A program made the translations under genes and the position numbers. The notes under the pieces were generated by a model that did no database searches, was not told the DNA's origin, and saw only the letters and a list, made by a program, of their open reading frames with translations. Positions 1 through 9,234 of a DNA stretch of 64,000 nucleotides are shown here, piece after piece. Source of the DNA: a virus; IMG/VR virus record IMGVR_UViG_3300038468_000223, positions 32,001 through 96,000 of that record; one strand, 5' to 3'. Every line of letters starts with the position of its first letter. Position 1 is the first letter of the stretch.

Positions 1-2
1 CC

Positions 3-218
3 GTGAACGTTCAGAAGCAGCGCGACCGATGGAGCGAAGCGGATCGGCGCCGGCGTGTCAACGAAGGCCCCCTGCTCGTGCACGCGCTCCGGCACCCGGT
101 GAAGCTCCTTCGACGCTTCGCCGCGCGGCTCTGGGCGGCGCCGCGGAGCACGAGCGTCGCGGACTTCATGGAGGACATCGACCGGGCCGCGCTCGGCGAC
201 GACTGGGGGGACCAATGA
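3..218 (+). CDS. Hypothetical protein, probably the 3' end of a gene starting upstream
   Basis: Open from window edge; stop overlaps next ATG (ATGA). Confidence 0.5.
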   Translation: MNVQKQRDRWSEADRRRRVNEGPLLVHALRHPVKLLRRFAARLWAAPRSTSVADFMEDIDRAALGDDWGDQ

Positions 219-340
219 ATGGCACCAACAAGTGCTTCGCCTGCGATTCCACTCTCGGCTGCGCGGTGAACTGGCTCCGCGAGACAGGCTACTCGCTGCC
301 GCTGCCCTTTCACTCTTCACTGGATGTGAGCTTGAAGTAG
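215..340 (+). CDS. Small hypothetical protein with CxxC
   Basis: ATGA coupling; MNGTNKCFAC. Confidence 0.4.
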   Translation: MNGTNKCFACDSTLGCAVNWLRETGYSLPLPFHSSLDVSLK

Positions 341-349
341 ACTCACCCC

Positions 350-1003
350 ATGAGCCTCGACGCAGACACCTTCCCCACCCTGATCCGACTCGGCCAGGAG
401 ACCGGCATCGAGCCTGAGTACCTCCTGCTCGTCGCCTACCTCGAGTCCCGCTTCACCCCCGAGATCCACCGCTCGGGGACCGGCTACTACGGCCTGACGC
501 AGATCAGCGGTACGTGGCTCAAGGCCCACGGCATCGACCCCACCGACTTCCTCACCTGGCCGGCCAGCCACCAGTTCGCTCGAGCGACGGTGCCCTACTT
601 CCTCGAGCAGATGAAGGCGTACAAGATCCCCGGCGTCCGCTCCGCGGGGGTCCTGCAGGCCATCAACCTCGCGCCGGCGCGCGTGCGTGACGGCGCCCCG
701 GGCAACGTCCTGTACCCCCCGCCGCAGAACTACTACGACGCCAACAAGGGCGTCGACGTCAACAAGGACGGCCAGATCACGATCGGCGACCTCGACGCCC
801 TCGCCGACGCCCTCGCGAGGCAGCAGACCTTCCAGGTGGAGCTGGCGAAGCTGCGCGCGCTCAGGGGCGCGAAGGCGGTGGGTGCGGCGGCTAAGGCGGC
901 CGAGCCGTCCCTGCTCGGCGCGTCACTCGGCGGGCTCGCCGTCGGGGCGGTGGGGTACGCCGCGTACGAGTGGTGGAAGAAGATGAGAGGAGTGTCCCGA
1001 TGA
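350..1003 (+). CDS. Lysozyme-like/lytic transglycosylase with C-terminal TM anchor
   Basis: LESRFTP catalytic Glu motif, YYGLTQI, EF-hand-like DVNKDGQITIGD, hydrophobic C-terminus followed by KK. Confidence 0.75.
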   Translation: MSLDADTFPTLIRLGQETGIEPEYLLLVAYLESRFTPEIHRSGTGYYGLTQISGTWLKAHGIDPTDFLTWPASHQFARATVPYFLEQMKAYKIPGVRSAGVLQAINLAPARVRDGAPGNVLYPPPQNYYDANKGVDVNKDGQITIGDLDALADALARQQTFQVELAKLRALRGAKAVGAAAKAAEPSLLGASLGGLAVGAVGYAAYEWWKKMRGVSR

Positions 1004-1307
1004 CCGACGCCCACGAAGAGATCGAGAAGCTCGTCGAGAAGGTCGGCGAGGTCCAAGAATCCCTCGACGACTTGCTAGGCGCGCAGGTCGGCTTCTACAT
1101 GCGCGCCGACAAGCTCGTTCGGCTGCTCACGAGGGAAACGGTGGGCGAGATCATGGAGCGCCGGCGTCGTTCCGCGACGAGTTCGTGCGGTTCGCCCGTG
1201 AGGTCTACGCGCCGGTCGGACCGCGCCTCACGGTCGCCGGACCGCCGCTGCCGGAGGCGTGCTTGGAGGCTCTCAGGACGTGGCTCGCCGCGCATGACGA
1301 CGCGTGA
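1000..1307 (+). pseudogene. Hypothetical protein with apparent -1 frameshift near 1160 (error or pseudogene)
   Basis: MTDAHEE frame turns non-protein-like after IMER; the -1 frame continues ASFRDEFVRFAREVY to TGA at 1305-1307. Confidence 0.55.
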
Positions 1308-1319
1308 ACGGAGGACAGG

Positions 1320-1754
1320 ATGAGCGATCGGTCGAAAACGGTGGTGGGGGCGATGTTCGACATGTTGGACTTGGAGGCTTTGCGGACGCAAGCTCAGCAT
1401 GCATCGCAAGAGGCGGAACGAAGTCGCCTCGCGCGCGAGATCTTCTTGCACTGCGCGCTCATGGCCGACAACGGAGGCGAGCGATTCGAACAGCTCGCGC
1501 AACGCGCCTTCGAGGCGGCCGACGCCTTCTTGAGCGTCGAGGCGGGGAACGCACAGACGCAGCCCGAGGTGAGTGCGCTGCAAACTGCCGCCGACGTGCT
1601 CGAGCAGCTCGAATGGTCGCCATTCACCTCCGTCCACTTGTTGAACGACGAAACGAGCGAGGGATGGTGTCCCATCTGTAGGAACCCGATGATGAAGGTG
1701 CACGCCGCAGACTGCAAGCTCGAGGCGGTCTTGAAGGCTGCGGGGAGGCGATGA
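1320..1754 (+). CDS. Hypothetical protein with C-terminal Zn-binding motif
   Basis: RBS GGAGG; WCPIC...HAADC. Confidence 0.7.
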   Translation: MSDRSKTVVGAMFDMLDLEALRTQAQHASQEAERSRLAREIFLHCALMADNGGERFEQLAQRAFEAADAFLSVEAGNAQTQPEVSALQTAADVLEQLEWSPFTSVHLLNDETSEGWCPICRNPMMKVHAADCKLEAVLKAAGRR

Positions 1755-2539
1755 TGGGTGACAACGACGTGGTGGTCAGCGTTGGGAAGGGTGAGATCGA
1801 GCTGCGGTGGTCGTACGACGGCGTGTTCGTCCACCTCGTTCAGCGATCCGATCAGCCCGCCTTCCTCGACATCGCGGCGGCGTCGACGCTGCATCGCGAA
1901 CTCGGCGAGTGGCTGCTCGAGCGGGCGCGGAGCGACGAGCGCTGGCGTGACGCGATCGGCTCGACGATGGCAGCGATGTTCGGGATGGTACCACTCGTCT
2001 TCCATCTCGTCGGGGGCCAGACCCCCAGCAAAGAGAGCGTCTCCGGCGCGCGCGCCACGATCATGTCGTTCGGGCGCGCGTTGATCCGTGCGGGGGAGGG
2101 GGCACGCTTGCGGCGCCTCTTGTGGACCCTGATCAGGGAAGAAGGCGCCGACTTCGAGACGAAGACGTTGCCGCCTACCGAAGATGTTGAGCGGTTTCGT
2201 CAGATCGTCGACCTGGAGGAGGAGCTTGGCCCCATCGTCCCCGGCGGCGCGCAGGGGGGCGTCGTCGCCAAGCATCGGCGGGAGGCGACGTGGACCTGTC
2301 CAGCTTGCACCGAAACGCTCGACGGTGTCGAGCCGTGTCCCGTTGGAGCAAAGCGTGGCGCCGCGCCGATCCCGGAAGGCGAGTGCTGCCCGGGCTGCGG
2401 AGCGCAGCGCGTTGCGCTCTCTCGACCCGGACGCTGCACGAAGTGCAACGTCTTCACTGTCTGGGCCTTTATCTGCAACGGCGTAGGGTCGTGGTACGTG
2501 TGCGTCGACTGCGCTCACCGGTGCATGACAGCCCCATGA
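1751..2539 (+). CDS. Hypothetical protein with Cys-rich (multiple CxxC) C-terminus
   Basis: ATGA coupling on both sides; CPAC, CPGC, CTKC, CVDC. Confidence 0.65.
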   Translation: MMGDNDVVVSVGKGEIELRWSYDGVFVHLVQRSDQPAFLDIAAASTLHRELGEWLLERARSDERWRDAIGSTMAAMFGMVPLVFHLVGGQTPSKESVSGARATIMSFGRALIRAGEGARLRRLLWTLIREEGADFETKTLPPTEDVERFRQIVDLEEELGPIVPGGAQGGVVAKHRREATWTCPACTETLDGVEPCPVGAKRGAAPIPEGECCPGCGAQRVALSRPGRCTKCNVFTVWAFICNGVGSWYVCVDCAHRCMTAP

Positions 2540-4116
2540 TCCTCGCCAAGGCATTCCTCTCCGGCCGCGGTCGGTGGGCGCTCCGCTGCGCCTACGACGA
2601 GCAGGTCACCGAGCAGTGCCACAAGCTACCCGGCATGCACTTCGACCGCGAGGCCCGCGCCTGGGTCGGCTACCTCGACGCCCTCAAGCCGCTCATCCGG
2701 CGCCTCGAGAAGCACCGCATCGCCAAGGTCCGCATCCTCACCCCACCAGTGCAAGCCCCGTCGTTCTTCGAGGACGACGACCGCCTGCGCCCGTACCAGA
2801 AGGAGGGCGCCGACTTCATCGTCGACCACGCCGACGAGGGGGTCCTGCTCGCCGACGACCTCGGACTCGGCAAGACCCGCACGATCCTGTGCGCGCTGTC
2901 GGAACTCGAGCTGCCCGCCGTGGTCGTCTGCCCCGCCGGCGTCAAGCGGTCGTGGGTCAGCGAAGGCGAGAAGGTCGGCGTCAAAGTCAAGATGATTAGC
3001 GGCGGCAAAGTAGAGGACTTCGACCTCGACGGTGTCGTGGTGATCAACTACGACATCCTGCCGACGTGGTTGCCCTTCCTCAAGTCGGCCCAGACGGTCG
3101 TCTTCGACGAGGCTCACTACCTCATCAACGAGCGCAGTCGACGCAGTCGACTGTGCAAGGAACTCGCCGCGGGGTGTTCGTATCGAATCGCCGCCACCGC
3201 GACGCCGTTCACGAACAAGCCGCGGAACTTGTGGAACGTAGTCGACACGATCAGCCCCGGCCGTTTCGGCAAGTTCTTCTACTTCGCGAAGCGTTACTGC
3301 GACGCGCACAACGAGACGATCGAGCTGCGGGACGGCGACACCAAGACCATCCTGAAATGCGACGGTGCGACGCACCTCAAGGAGCTGTCGAACCGCCTGA
3401 AGCAGTTCACCATCCGCCGCATGAAGGCGGACGTTCAGCTCGAGCTGCCCCCGCAAATCCGCCAGATCGTCGAGGTCGACGTGGCGAGCGACTCGCTCGC
3501 CTACGAGTGGTCCCTCAAGAACACTAAGGAGGCGCGCATCGCGCTGAGTGCGGCCGCGAAGACCAAGATCCCACACGCCGTGGAGATGGCCGACGAGGTC
3601 GTCGCCGGCGGCGGTCACGTCGTCGTCTTCTGCCACGAGAAGCGCGTGGTGCGCGAGACGGTCAGGGCGCTCGAGGAGCGCCACGTGCCGGTGTTCTGGG
3701 CGACCGGGGAGCTGTCACCCGAGCGGCGCGAGAAGGCCGCCGCCGAAGCCGCCAGGGCCCCCTCGGCGCTCGTCGTCACCACCCACTCGATGGGCGTCGG
3801 CATCAACTATCTCACCTACGCCGACCACGCCATCTTCCTCGAGTTGGACTACGAGCCGCACTGGTTGATCCAGGCTGCCGGGCGCCTGCATCGTCAGGGG
3901 CAGCGCAAGACGGTCCACGTCCGCTACCTCGTCGCCATCGGCACGATCGACGAGGCGATCCGGGACGCGGTCCTGAACAAGATGGACGTGTTCGAGCGGA
4001 CGTTCGGCTCCACCGAGGCCGGCTTCGTCGACGACCTGCGCGGGGGCTCGGAGGAGGACTCCCTCGCCGCCGTGCGCGACTACCTGCACGAGATGGGCAA
4101 GACGTACTTCACCTAG
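2536..4116 (+). CDS. SNF2-family (SF2) helicase
   Basis: LADDLGLGKT, DEAH, TATP, QAAGRLHRQGQ; start set at ATGA overlap. Confidence 0.93.
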   Translation: MILAKAFLSGRGRWALRCAYDEQVTEQCHKLPGMHFDREARAWVGYLDALKPLIRRLEKHRIAKVRILTPPVQAPSFFEDDDRLRPYQKEGADFIVDHADEGVLLADDLGLGKTRTILCALSELELPAVVVCPAGVKRSWVSEGEKVGVKVKMISGGKVEDFDLDGVVVINYDILPTWLPFLKSAQTVVFDEAHYLINERSRRSRLCKELAAGCSYRIAATATPFTNKPRNLWNVVDTISPGRFGKFFYFAKRYCDAHNETIELRDGDTKTILKCDGATHLKELSNRLKQFTIRRMKADVQLELPPQIRQIVEVDVASDSLAYEWSLKNTKEARIALSAAAKTKIPHAVEMADEVVAGGGHVVVFCHEKRVVRETVRALEERHVPVFWATGELSPERREKAAAEAARAPSALVVTTHSMGVGINYLTYADHAIFLELDYEPHWLIQAAGRLHRQGQRKTVHVRYLVAIGTIDEAIRDAVLNKMDVFERTFGSTEAGFVDDLRGGSEEDSLAAVRDYLHEMGKTYFT

Positions 4117-4559
4117 ACCGGAACTTGTGGGGGCGCCGGGAACGAGCGCACGACACCGGCACCGGCCTCCACCGTGGCGGTCCCGCCCGCGTCGCAGCGC
4201 GCGACCACGGAGACTTGATGACTACCAGTAGAGAGTGGATCCGAACGGAAGGTGCGCGTGAGCAGGACCTTCTTGGCGGCCGCCAGGGTCACGGTGAAGA
4301 CGTCGACCGGGACGCCGTCGACGTAGATGCCGAACTGGAAGGCGGCCTGGTCGGCTTCGCCGTTCTGCACGTAGGCGCTGACGTCGATGGCCAGCGCGTA
4401 GCCGGCGGCGACCACGATGGGTGCTGTCGCGATGAAGGCGACCGCATCGGGGGTGATGTTCACCGGATCGGTGTTCTGCGCGAACCCGAGCTGCGGCGTC
4501 GGCTTCGGCTGCGGGTAGGGCACCGCGGCGATGCTTGCCAGAACATAGCGGCTCAACAT
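4113..4559 (-). CDS. Small beta-rich protein, resembles the ~150-aa virion-module paralogs
   Basis: Alternating beta-strand pattern; TACAAT 6 nt before ATG. Confidence 0.65.
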   Translation of the reverse strand: MLSRYVLASIAAVPYPQPKPTPQLGFAQNTDPVNITPDAVAFIATAPIVVAAGYALAIDVSAYVQNGEADQAAFQFGIYVDGVPVDVFTVTLAAAKKVLLTRTFRSDPLSTGSHQVSVVARCDAGGTATVEAGAGVVRSFPAPPQVPV

Positions 4560-4630
4560 GGGTGGATTGTACAGGATCTAGTCAGGAAGACTAGCGCGAC
4601 ACGTTCAGAGTGCTTACGGAGGATGAGACC

Positions 4631-4828
4631 ATGACCGAATCGACCGAGACCAAGAAGCCGAAGGGGTTCGCTGCCATGACGAAGGAGCAGCGCGCCGAGA
4701 TCTCTCGCAAGGGCGGCCGCGCGGCGCACGCGCGCGGTACCGCGCACGAGTTCACCGCCGAGGAGGCGCGCAGGGCGGGCCGCAAGGGGGGCCTGGCGAC
4801 CCACGCGAAGCACCAGGACGGGGGCTGA
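4631..4828 (+). CDS. KGG-repeat stress-induced protein (YciG/Con-10-like)
   Basis: KGFAAMTKEQRAEISRKGG...EARRAGRKGG. Confidence 0.9.
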   Translation: MTESTETKKPKGFAAMTKEQRAEISRKGGRAAHARGTAHEFTAEEARRAGRKGGLATHAKHQDGG

Positions 4829-4843
4829 TGCTACGCTAGTGGC

Positions 4844-6307
4844 ATGCCCGATCGCAGCTACTGGCAGAAGCTCGTCGACGACTACACCGAGGCGTTCAAG
4901 CGCCTCGGGCTGACCCCCACCAAGCACGCGCTGCTCCTCGCCGCCACGCCCGGCGAGTTCGAGACCAACAGCGGCAGGGCGTGGCCCGGCACGTACAACG
5001 TCGGCGCCGTGCAGGGCCGAGCGCTCACACAAGAGGAGCAGGCGAAGCTCGCCTCGGGTGAGCTGCGACCCGGCGCGCGCATCGCCGGCGACCCGGGCTA
5101 CGTGCTCCAGTACGACACGAACCCGGACAAGGGCGGCGCGAAGTACCCCGTCTGGTTCGTCGCCTTTCCCACCCAGCTCGACGGCATCCTCTACTACCTG
5201 CGCGTCCTGCTCGGCAAGGCGAAGTCGGTGGTCGTCGACCCCGCCGGGACCTTGCGCCAGCTCGCGACGGCGATGTACCTCGGCGGCTACTACCAGGGCC
5301 GTCACGCCGGCGCGCGCCCCTACTACAAGCGCGCGCTGCCGCTCACGGTGCCGGAGCAGGCCAACGTCGACGACTACACCAAGGCGCTCGAGGGGGTCTA
5401 CGCTCAGACCATCGAGCCCAACATGGGCCCCCTCATCCAAGAGGAGAAGTCTCCGATGCCGGATCCGACGCCCGCTCCCGCCCCCACCGCCTTCGCCAAG
5501 CGCCTCGCCGAGATCGCACTGGCCCACGCGCCGTGCTCCGCGCACGACCGACAGGACGTGTACGTCGACATCATCGTGCGCCCGAGCGACCGCACCGAGG
5601 CGCGGTTGCCGTACTACATCGGCAACAAGCCGCCCAGCACCTGCGGCCTGCTCGTCGAGGGCGCCCTACGCCTCGACGGGCTCACCGACCCCGAACTCGT
5701 CGACCCGTACAAGACCCCGCCCGGAGCCGTGGCGGACCTCCAGACGGTCGCCAAGCGGCACGGCGTCCTCGAGTACGGGACCCCTACGAAGCCGCCCTGC
5801 TGCGGAGACGCGATCATCATCGACGAGGTCCTCGTCGACAAGGACGGCAAGGAATACGACAACGCCCACGTGATCCTGTGCACCAGTGACGCGGCGGTCA
5901 GCGACGACGGGCTGACGTGGGCGTACGCGTCGGTCCAGGGGGGACAGTACAACCCCAGCGACAAGACCGGCGGGAGCAGCGCCGTCATGTCGTTCCCGAC
6001 GAGCACCCTCGTCAAGAAGAACGGCAGGTGGTACGCGGGCGCCGGGACGCGGTACGTGATCGCGATCTGCCGCTTCAGCCGGCTCGACTTCCCCGTCTCG
6101 CAGCAGGTCCCCGTCGCCAAGCCGGCGGAGCCGCCCGAGGAGCCGACCAAGGAGCCGGAGCCCGCGCGCGAGCCGGCGGCCGCCCCCCAGCCGAACGACG
6201 GGGCTCCCACAGGGGGGGTGAAGAAGAACGTGGTGGGCCTGGCGGCGGGGGCGTCGCTGTTCGCGCTGGTGGCGGGGGTGGTGGCGTGGGTCTGGGAGAA
6301 GTGCTGA
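4844..6307 (+). CDS. Two-domain peptidoglycan hydrolase (glucosaminidase/muramidase-like plus CHAP/NlpC-like) with C-terminal TM
   Basis: EFETNSG..YNVGAV..FVAF; STCGLLV...HV dyad; Pro/Glu linker; hydrophobic tail. Confidence 0.6.
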   Translation: MPDRSYWQKLVDDYTEAFKRLGLTPTKHALLLAATPGEFETNSGRAWPGTYNVGAVQGRALTQEEQAKLASGELRPGARIAGDPGYVLQYDTNPDKGGAKYPVWFVAFPTQLDGILYYLRVLLGKAKSVVVDPAGTLRQLATAMYLGGYYQGRHAGARPYYKRALPLTVPEQANVDDYTKALEGVYAQTIEPNMGPLIQEEKSPMPDPTPAPAPTAFAKRLAEIALAHAPCSAHDRQDVYVDIIVRPSDRTEARLPYYIGNKPPSTCGLLVEGALRLDGLTDPELVDPYKTPPGAVADLQTVAKRHGVLEYGTPTKPPCCGDAIIIDEVLVDKDGKEYDNAHVILCTSDAAVSDDGLTWAYASVQGGQYNPSDKTGGSSAVMSFPTSTLVKKNGRWYAGAGTRYVIAICRFSRLDFPVSQQVPVAKPAEPPEEPTKEPEPAREPAAAPQPNDGAPTGGVKKNVVGLAAGASLFALVAGVVAWVWEKC

Positions 6308-6518
6308 GGGGCCTAGACAGCAAGAGGGGTCGTGGGCATCATCGGTCCCGATGATGATTCGACGCCGCTCGGGGCGGGCTGGGTTCGGGACCCGGCACCG
6401 TTCCATCTAGCGGGTGCGACGCACGAACCAGACGCGATAGCGATGATTGACGGCGGCGGATAGCCGCGAGCGCGAAAGCACGCGAGGCGCCACCAGAAGC
6501 GGCGCGAAGCACACGGGA

Positions 6519-6554
6519 GGCTGCGGGCAGGGTGCCCGCGGCCTTCGGTGTTTT
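6519..6554 (+). terminator. GC-rich hairpin with T-rich tail between convergent genes
   Basis: GGCTGCGGGCA-ggg-TGCCCGCGGCC then TTCGGTGTTTT. Confidence 0.6.
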
Positions 6555-7795
6555 CACAACCCCATGGCGCTGTGCCGGACGGCCGCCTCCACCTTGGCGG
6601 CGTCGACCCCGCGGGGGTCGATCCAGAGCGACCTCGCCATGCCGAGCGTGTGACTCAGCCCGCGCCCGTGGACGACGCTCAGGTAGAGCGCCTGCGGCTT
6701 GAACCAGACCCGGATGGCCCCGTCCGGCGACGTCGCGTGCGGGACCTTCAGGTCCCGCGCGACTCGCCAGCCCTGCGCTTCGAGGTGGTTCATGACCCGC
6801 GCCTTCGCCTGCGCGAAGGTCTCGACCGGGTTCGGGAGCCCCTCGCGCAGCCGGCGCCCCTTCGCCGCCTTGTCCATCGCCTTCAGGCCCCACCAGAAGA
6901 GACCGACGGTCGCAGCGAGCGCGGCGCCGCTCCAGAAGACCGCCCCCCAGTCCGTCTTCCTCTCGATCTGCGAGCTACTCGTAGGGATCGGGCCGGTATC
7001 CGAGTAGCTCGCCCGTCGAAAAGGGCTGGAGGCCTCCGGCGTCGCCGCGAAGAGCGGCGCCAGCTCGGGCACGCCCGGCTGACGGAGGACCGTCATCTTG
7101 CCCTGGTGGCTCGCGAGCGGCGCCAGCTCCGCACTCGAGAGGACCGCCTGCAGGTCCATCGGCTGCCCGTCGACGAGGCACTGCCTGGCGACGAGGAGGC
7201 ACGTCTGGCTGTAGTCGATGTGCTTGAAGTCGTGAAACCACCCGCGCCCCTGGATCACGCGCTGCTTCGCGTCCGTGACGGACGGCTCCCACGACTTGCC
7301 GCCGAGGGTCGGCCCCTCGAAGTGCCAGCCGTAGTTCTCGGCCTTGCCGGTGGCGTACCGGAGCAAGTCGTTGTCGATGCACCAGTTCTTGCCGACCGTC
7401 CTGATGATGCCCCCGGCCGGCGTGGGCGGGAGCTTCGCGAGCTGGGCGTCGATCGTCGTGCTGTGCCTGATCATCCCGGCGCTCGAGGACGTGATCGTCT
7501 GCGTGTCGGGCGGCAGCGTCGTGGCCCGCTGCTGCCAGCCGAGGTCGACGAGCTTGGGCGTGAGCAGCGAGCACCCGAGCAGGTCGGCGATCTGCTGCTC
7601 GAGGTACGCGCTGACGTCGATGCGCACGCCTTCGATCTTGAGGGCGTCAGCGAAGACCCTAAACTCGCCGTGGTGGCCGCCGGCGTCGCTGACGACCGTC
7701 CCCCACGAGACCTCAAAGTTGCCGCCCTTGATCTGGTCGAGGACGAGCGGGGCGTACGCGGCGCTCGCGGTGTCACCGGGCCATACGATGGGCAT
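6554..7795 (-). CDS. Single-TM protein: N-terminal H-x-DYSQ domain, TM, LPNP, small basic C-terminal module
   Basis: Good codon pattern; TM AVFWSGAALAATVGLFWW. Confidence 0.75.
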   Translation of the reverse strand: MPIVWPGDTASAAYAPLVLDQIKGGNFEVSWGTVVSDAGGHHGEFRVFADALKIEGVRIDVSAYLEQQIADLLGCSLLTPKLVDLGWQQRATTLPPDTQTITSSSAGMIRHSTTIDAQLAKLPPTPAGGIIRTVGKNWCIDNDLLRYATGKAENYGWHFEGPTLGGKSWEPSVTDAKQRVIQGRGWFHDFKHIDYSQTCLLVARQCLVDGQPMDLQAVLSSAELAPLASHQGKMTVLRQPGVPELAPLFAATPEASSPFRRASYSDTGPIPTSSSQIERKTDWGAVFWSGAALAATVGLFWWGLKAMDKAAKGRRLREGLPNPVETFAQAKARVMNHLEAQGWRVARDLKVPHATSPDGAIRVWFKPQALYLSVVHGRGLSHTLGMARSLWIDPRGVDAAKVEAAVRHSAMGL

Positions 7796-7798
7796 CGC

Positions 7799-8116
7799 TC
7801 ACCTCTTGAGCTGGTTGAAGATCCCGATCGCGAGCGGGATGCCGAGCCCGATGCCCGCCACCTTGATCGCGGTGTCGCGCTGCTTGGCCGAGACGACCGC
7901 CACGCCGAGCCCGATGATGCCGGCGAGCACCAGGCCGCTGTACGCGCCGAAGACGGCGCCCTTGCCGGCGCCGCAGAGGATCCCCGACCCCTCCTTGTCG
8001 CAGCTCGGGTTGGTCAGCGCACCGAAGACGGCGCCGATGCCGAGGCTGATGCCGGTGTAGACGAGCGCCGGCTTCCAGCCGGTGCTCGCGGGCTCCCGCA
8101 GGACGATGTCGGCCAT
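7799..8116 (-). CDS. Small multi-TM membrane protein
   Basis: Three Gly-rich hydrophobic segments. Confidence 0.75.
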   Translation of the reverse strand: MADIVLREPASTGWKPALVYTGISLGIGAVFGALTNPSCDKEGSGILCGAGKGAVFGAYSGLVLAGIIGLGVAVVSAKQRDTAIKVAGIGLGIPLAIGIFNQLKR

Positions 8117-8119
8117 GAC

Positions 8120-8569
8120 CTACTCCTCTTCCTCGTCGTGGGCCGCCGCCTTGTGCGGCGCGCGAGCCTTGAAGAACGCCGACGCCGCGGCGAGCGACGC
8201 GCTGAAGAGCGCCGTGCCGAGCAGCAGGAAGCTGATGATGCGCGTCGAGTTGTCGACCGCCGGCGCCGGCGTGTGCTGTACGACGGGCTGCGCGGGGACC
8301 GTCCCCGGCGGCGGGTGGTAGAGCGTCACGCCGTGACAGCCGTCGGCGGGGCACGGGACCTGCTCGCCCCTGCTGTTGTACGTGAACGCGTGGTGCTCCA
8401 CGCGCCCCGCGACCGGGACGCCCTCGATCACGGTGTGGAAGATCTCGCCGTAGTGCGACATCCCGGTCTGGTGGTTGATCTCCTGCGCCCACGCCACCAT
8501 GGCCGAGGACAGGTGCGACGACCCCCAGGGGGTGTAGCCGGGCGGCATGGGTCCGTCGTAGATCGCCAT
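8120..8569 (-). CDS. Single-TM protein with acidic C-terminus
   Basis: RBS AAGGAG; TM, basic patch, then DEEEE. Confidence 0.75.
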   Translation of the reverse strand: MAIYDGPMPPGYTPWGSSHLSSAMVAWAQEINHQTGMSHYGEIFHTVIEGVPVAGRVEHHAFTYNSRGEQVPCPADGCHGVTLYHPPPGTVPAQPVVQHTPAPAVDNSTRIISFLLLGTALFSASLAAASAFFKARAPHKAAAHDEEEE

Positions 8570-8581
8570 CAGGCGGCTCCT

Positions 8582-8977
8582 TCAGGAGAGAACGAAGAGG
8601 TGGGCCTGGTCGGACGAGAGGAAGGCCTGCGACACCTCCATGTCCTGCTCCGGGGTGAAGATGAGGTAGGCCTTGCCGGGGGTGGCGTCGTCGGCCGGCC
8701 ACCCCGCCGGCGGGTCGGCGGTCACCTGGAGGGTGCGCAGGCCGTGTGCCGACAGGCTCTGGCTCACCGGCTCGTAGGCGACCGTCTGACCGCGCGTCAG
8801 GTCGCTGACGCCGTAGGTGAAGCCCTTGAGGAGCTGGTAGACCCTGCGGTCCGCGTCGATCGGCACGCGCTGCCAGGTCCGGCCGGCGGCGCTGGCCGTC
8901 TTCGAGGAGCCGAGGAGCCACAGCGCCCCCGCCGCGCTCGCGGCGACGACGCCGGCAGCGAGGTAGCGCCGGTCCAT
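8582..8977 (-). CDS. N-terminally anchored membrane protein
   Basis: MDRRY then hydrophobic segment; start overlaps previous stop. Confidence 0.7.
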   Translation of the reverse strand: MDRRYLAAGVVAASAAGALWLLGSSKTASAAGRTWQRVPIDADRRVYQLLKGFTYGVSDLTRGQTVAYEPVSQSLSAHGLRTLQVTADPPAGWPADDATPGKAYLIFTPEQDMEVSQAFLSSDQAHLFVLS

Positions 8978-9222
8978 CAGCAGCAGTCCCAGGCCGCCTT
9001 GTCGGCCGGCGGCAGCGTCCCGGCCGGGACGATCTTCGCCGACCAACCTTCACAGCCAACGCAGCGGCTGCCGGAGCACTGGGGTGACCAGTACGACATG
9101 ATCCGCTGGCACGCATCCAGCGTGTCGGTCGTGACGTAGTAGACCTCTTCGGCGAACCGATCGCTGGCGGGCGAGCCGAGGCAGAAGCCGTAGGACCATC
9201 GGATCCAGAGCGTGTACCACAT
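8977..9222 (-). CDS. Small Cys/Trp-rich protein
   Basis: RBS-like AAGGGG; fits operon packing. Confidence 0.6.
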   Translation of the reverse strand: MWYTLWIRWSYGFCLGSPASDRFAEEVYYVTTDTLDACQRIMSYWSPQCSGSRCVGCEGWSAKIVPAGTLPPADKAAWDCC

Positions 9223-9234
9223 GACCGGCCCCCT

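Noticed and set aside
6548-9139. 863-aa plus-strand ORF and similar long ORFs (19400..21739, 25006..27030, 32010..33989, 54312..56756)
   Set aside because: Antisense or off-frame shadows of real genes in high-GC DNA; Arg/Gly-rich, no motifs
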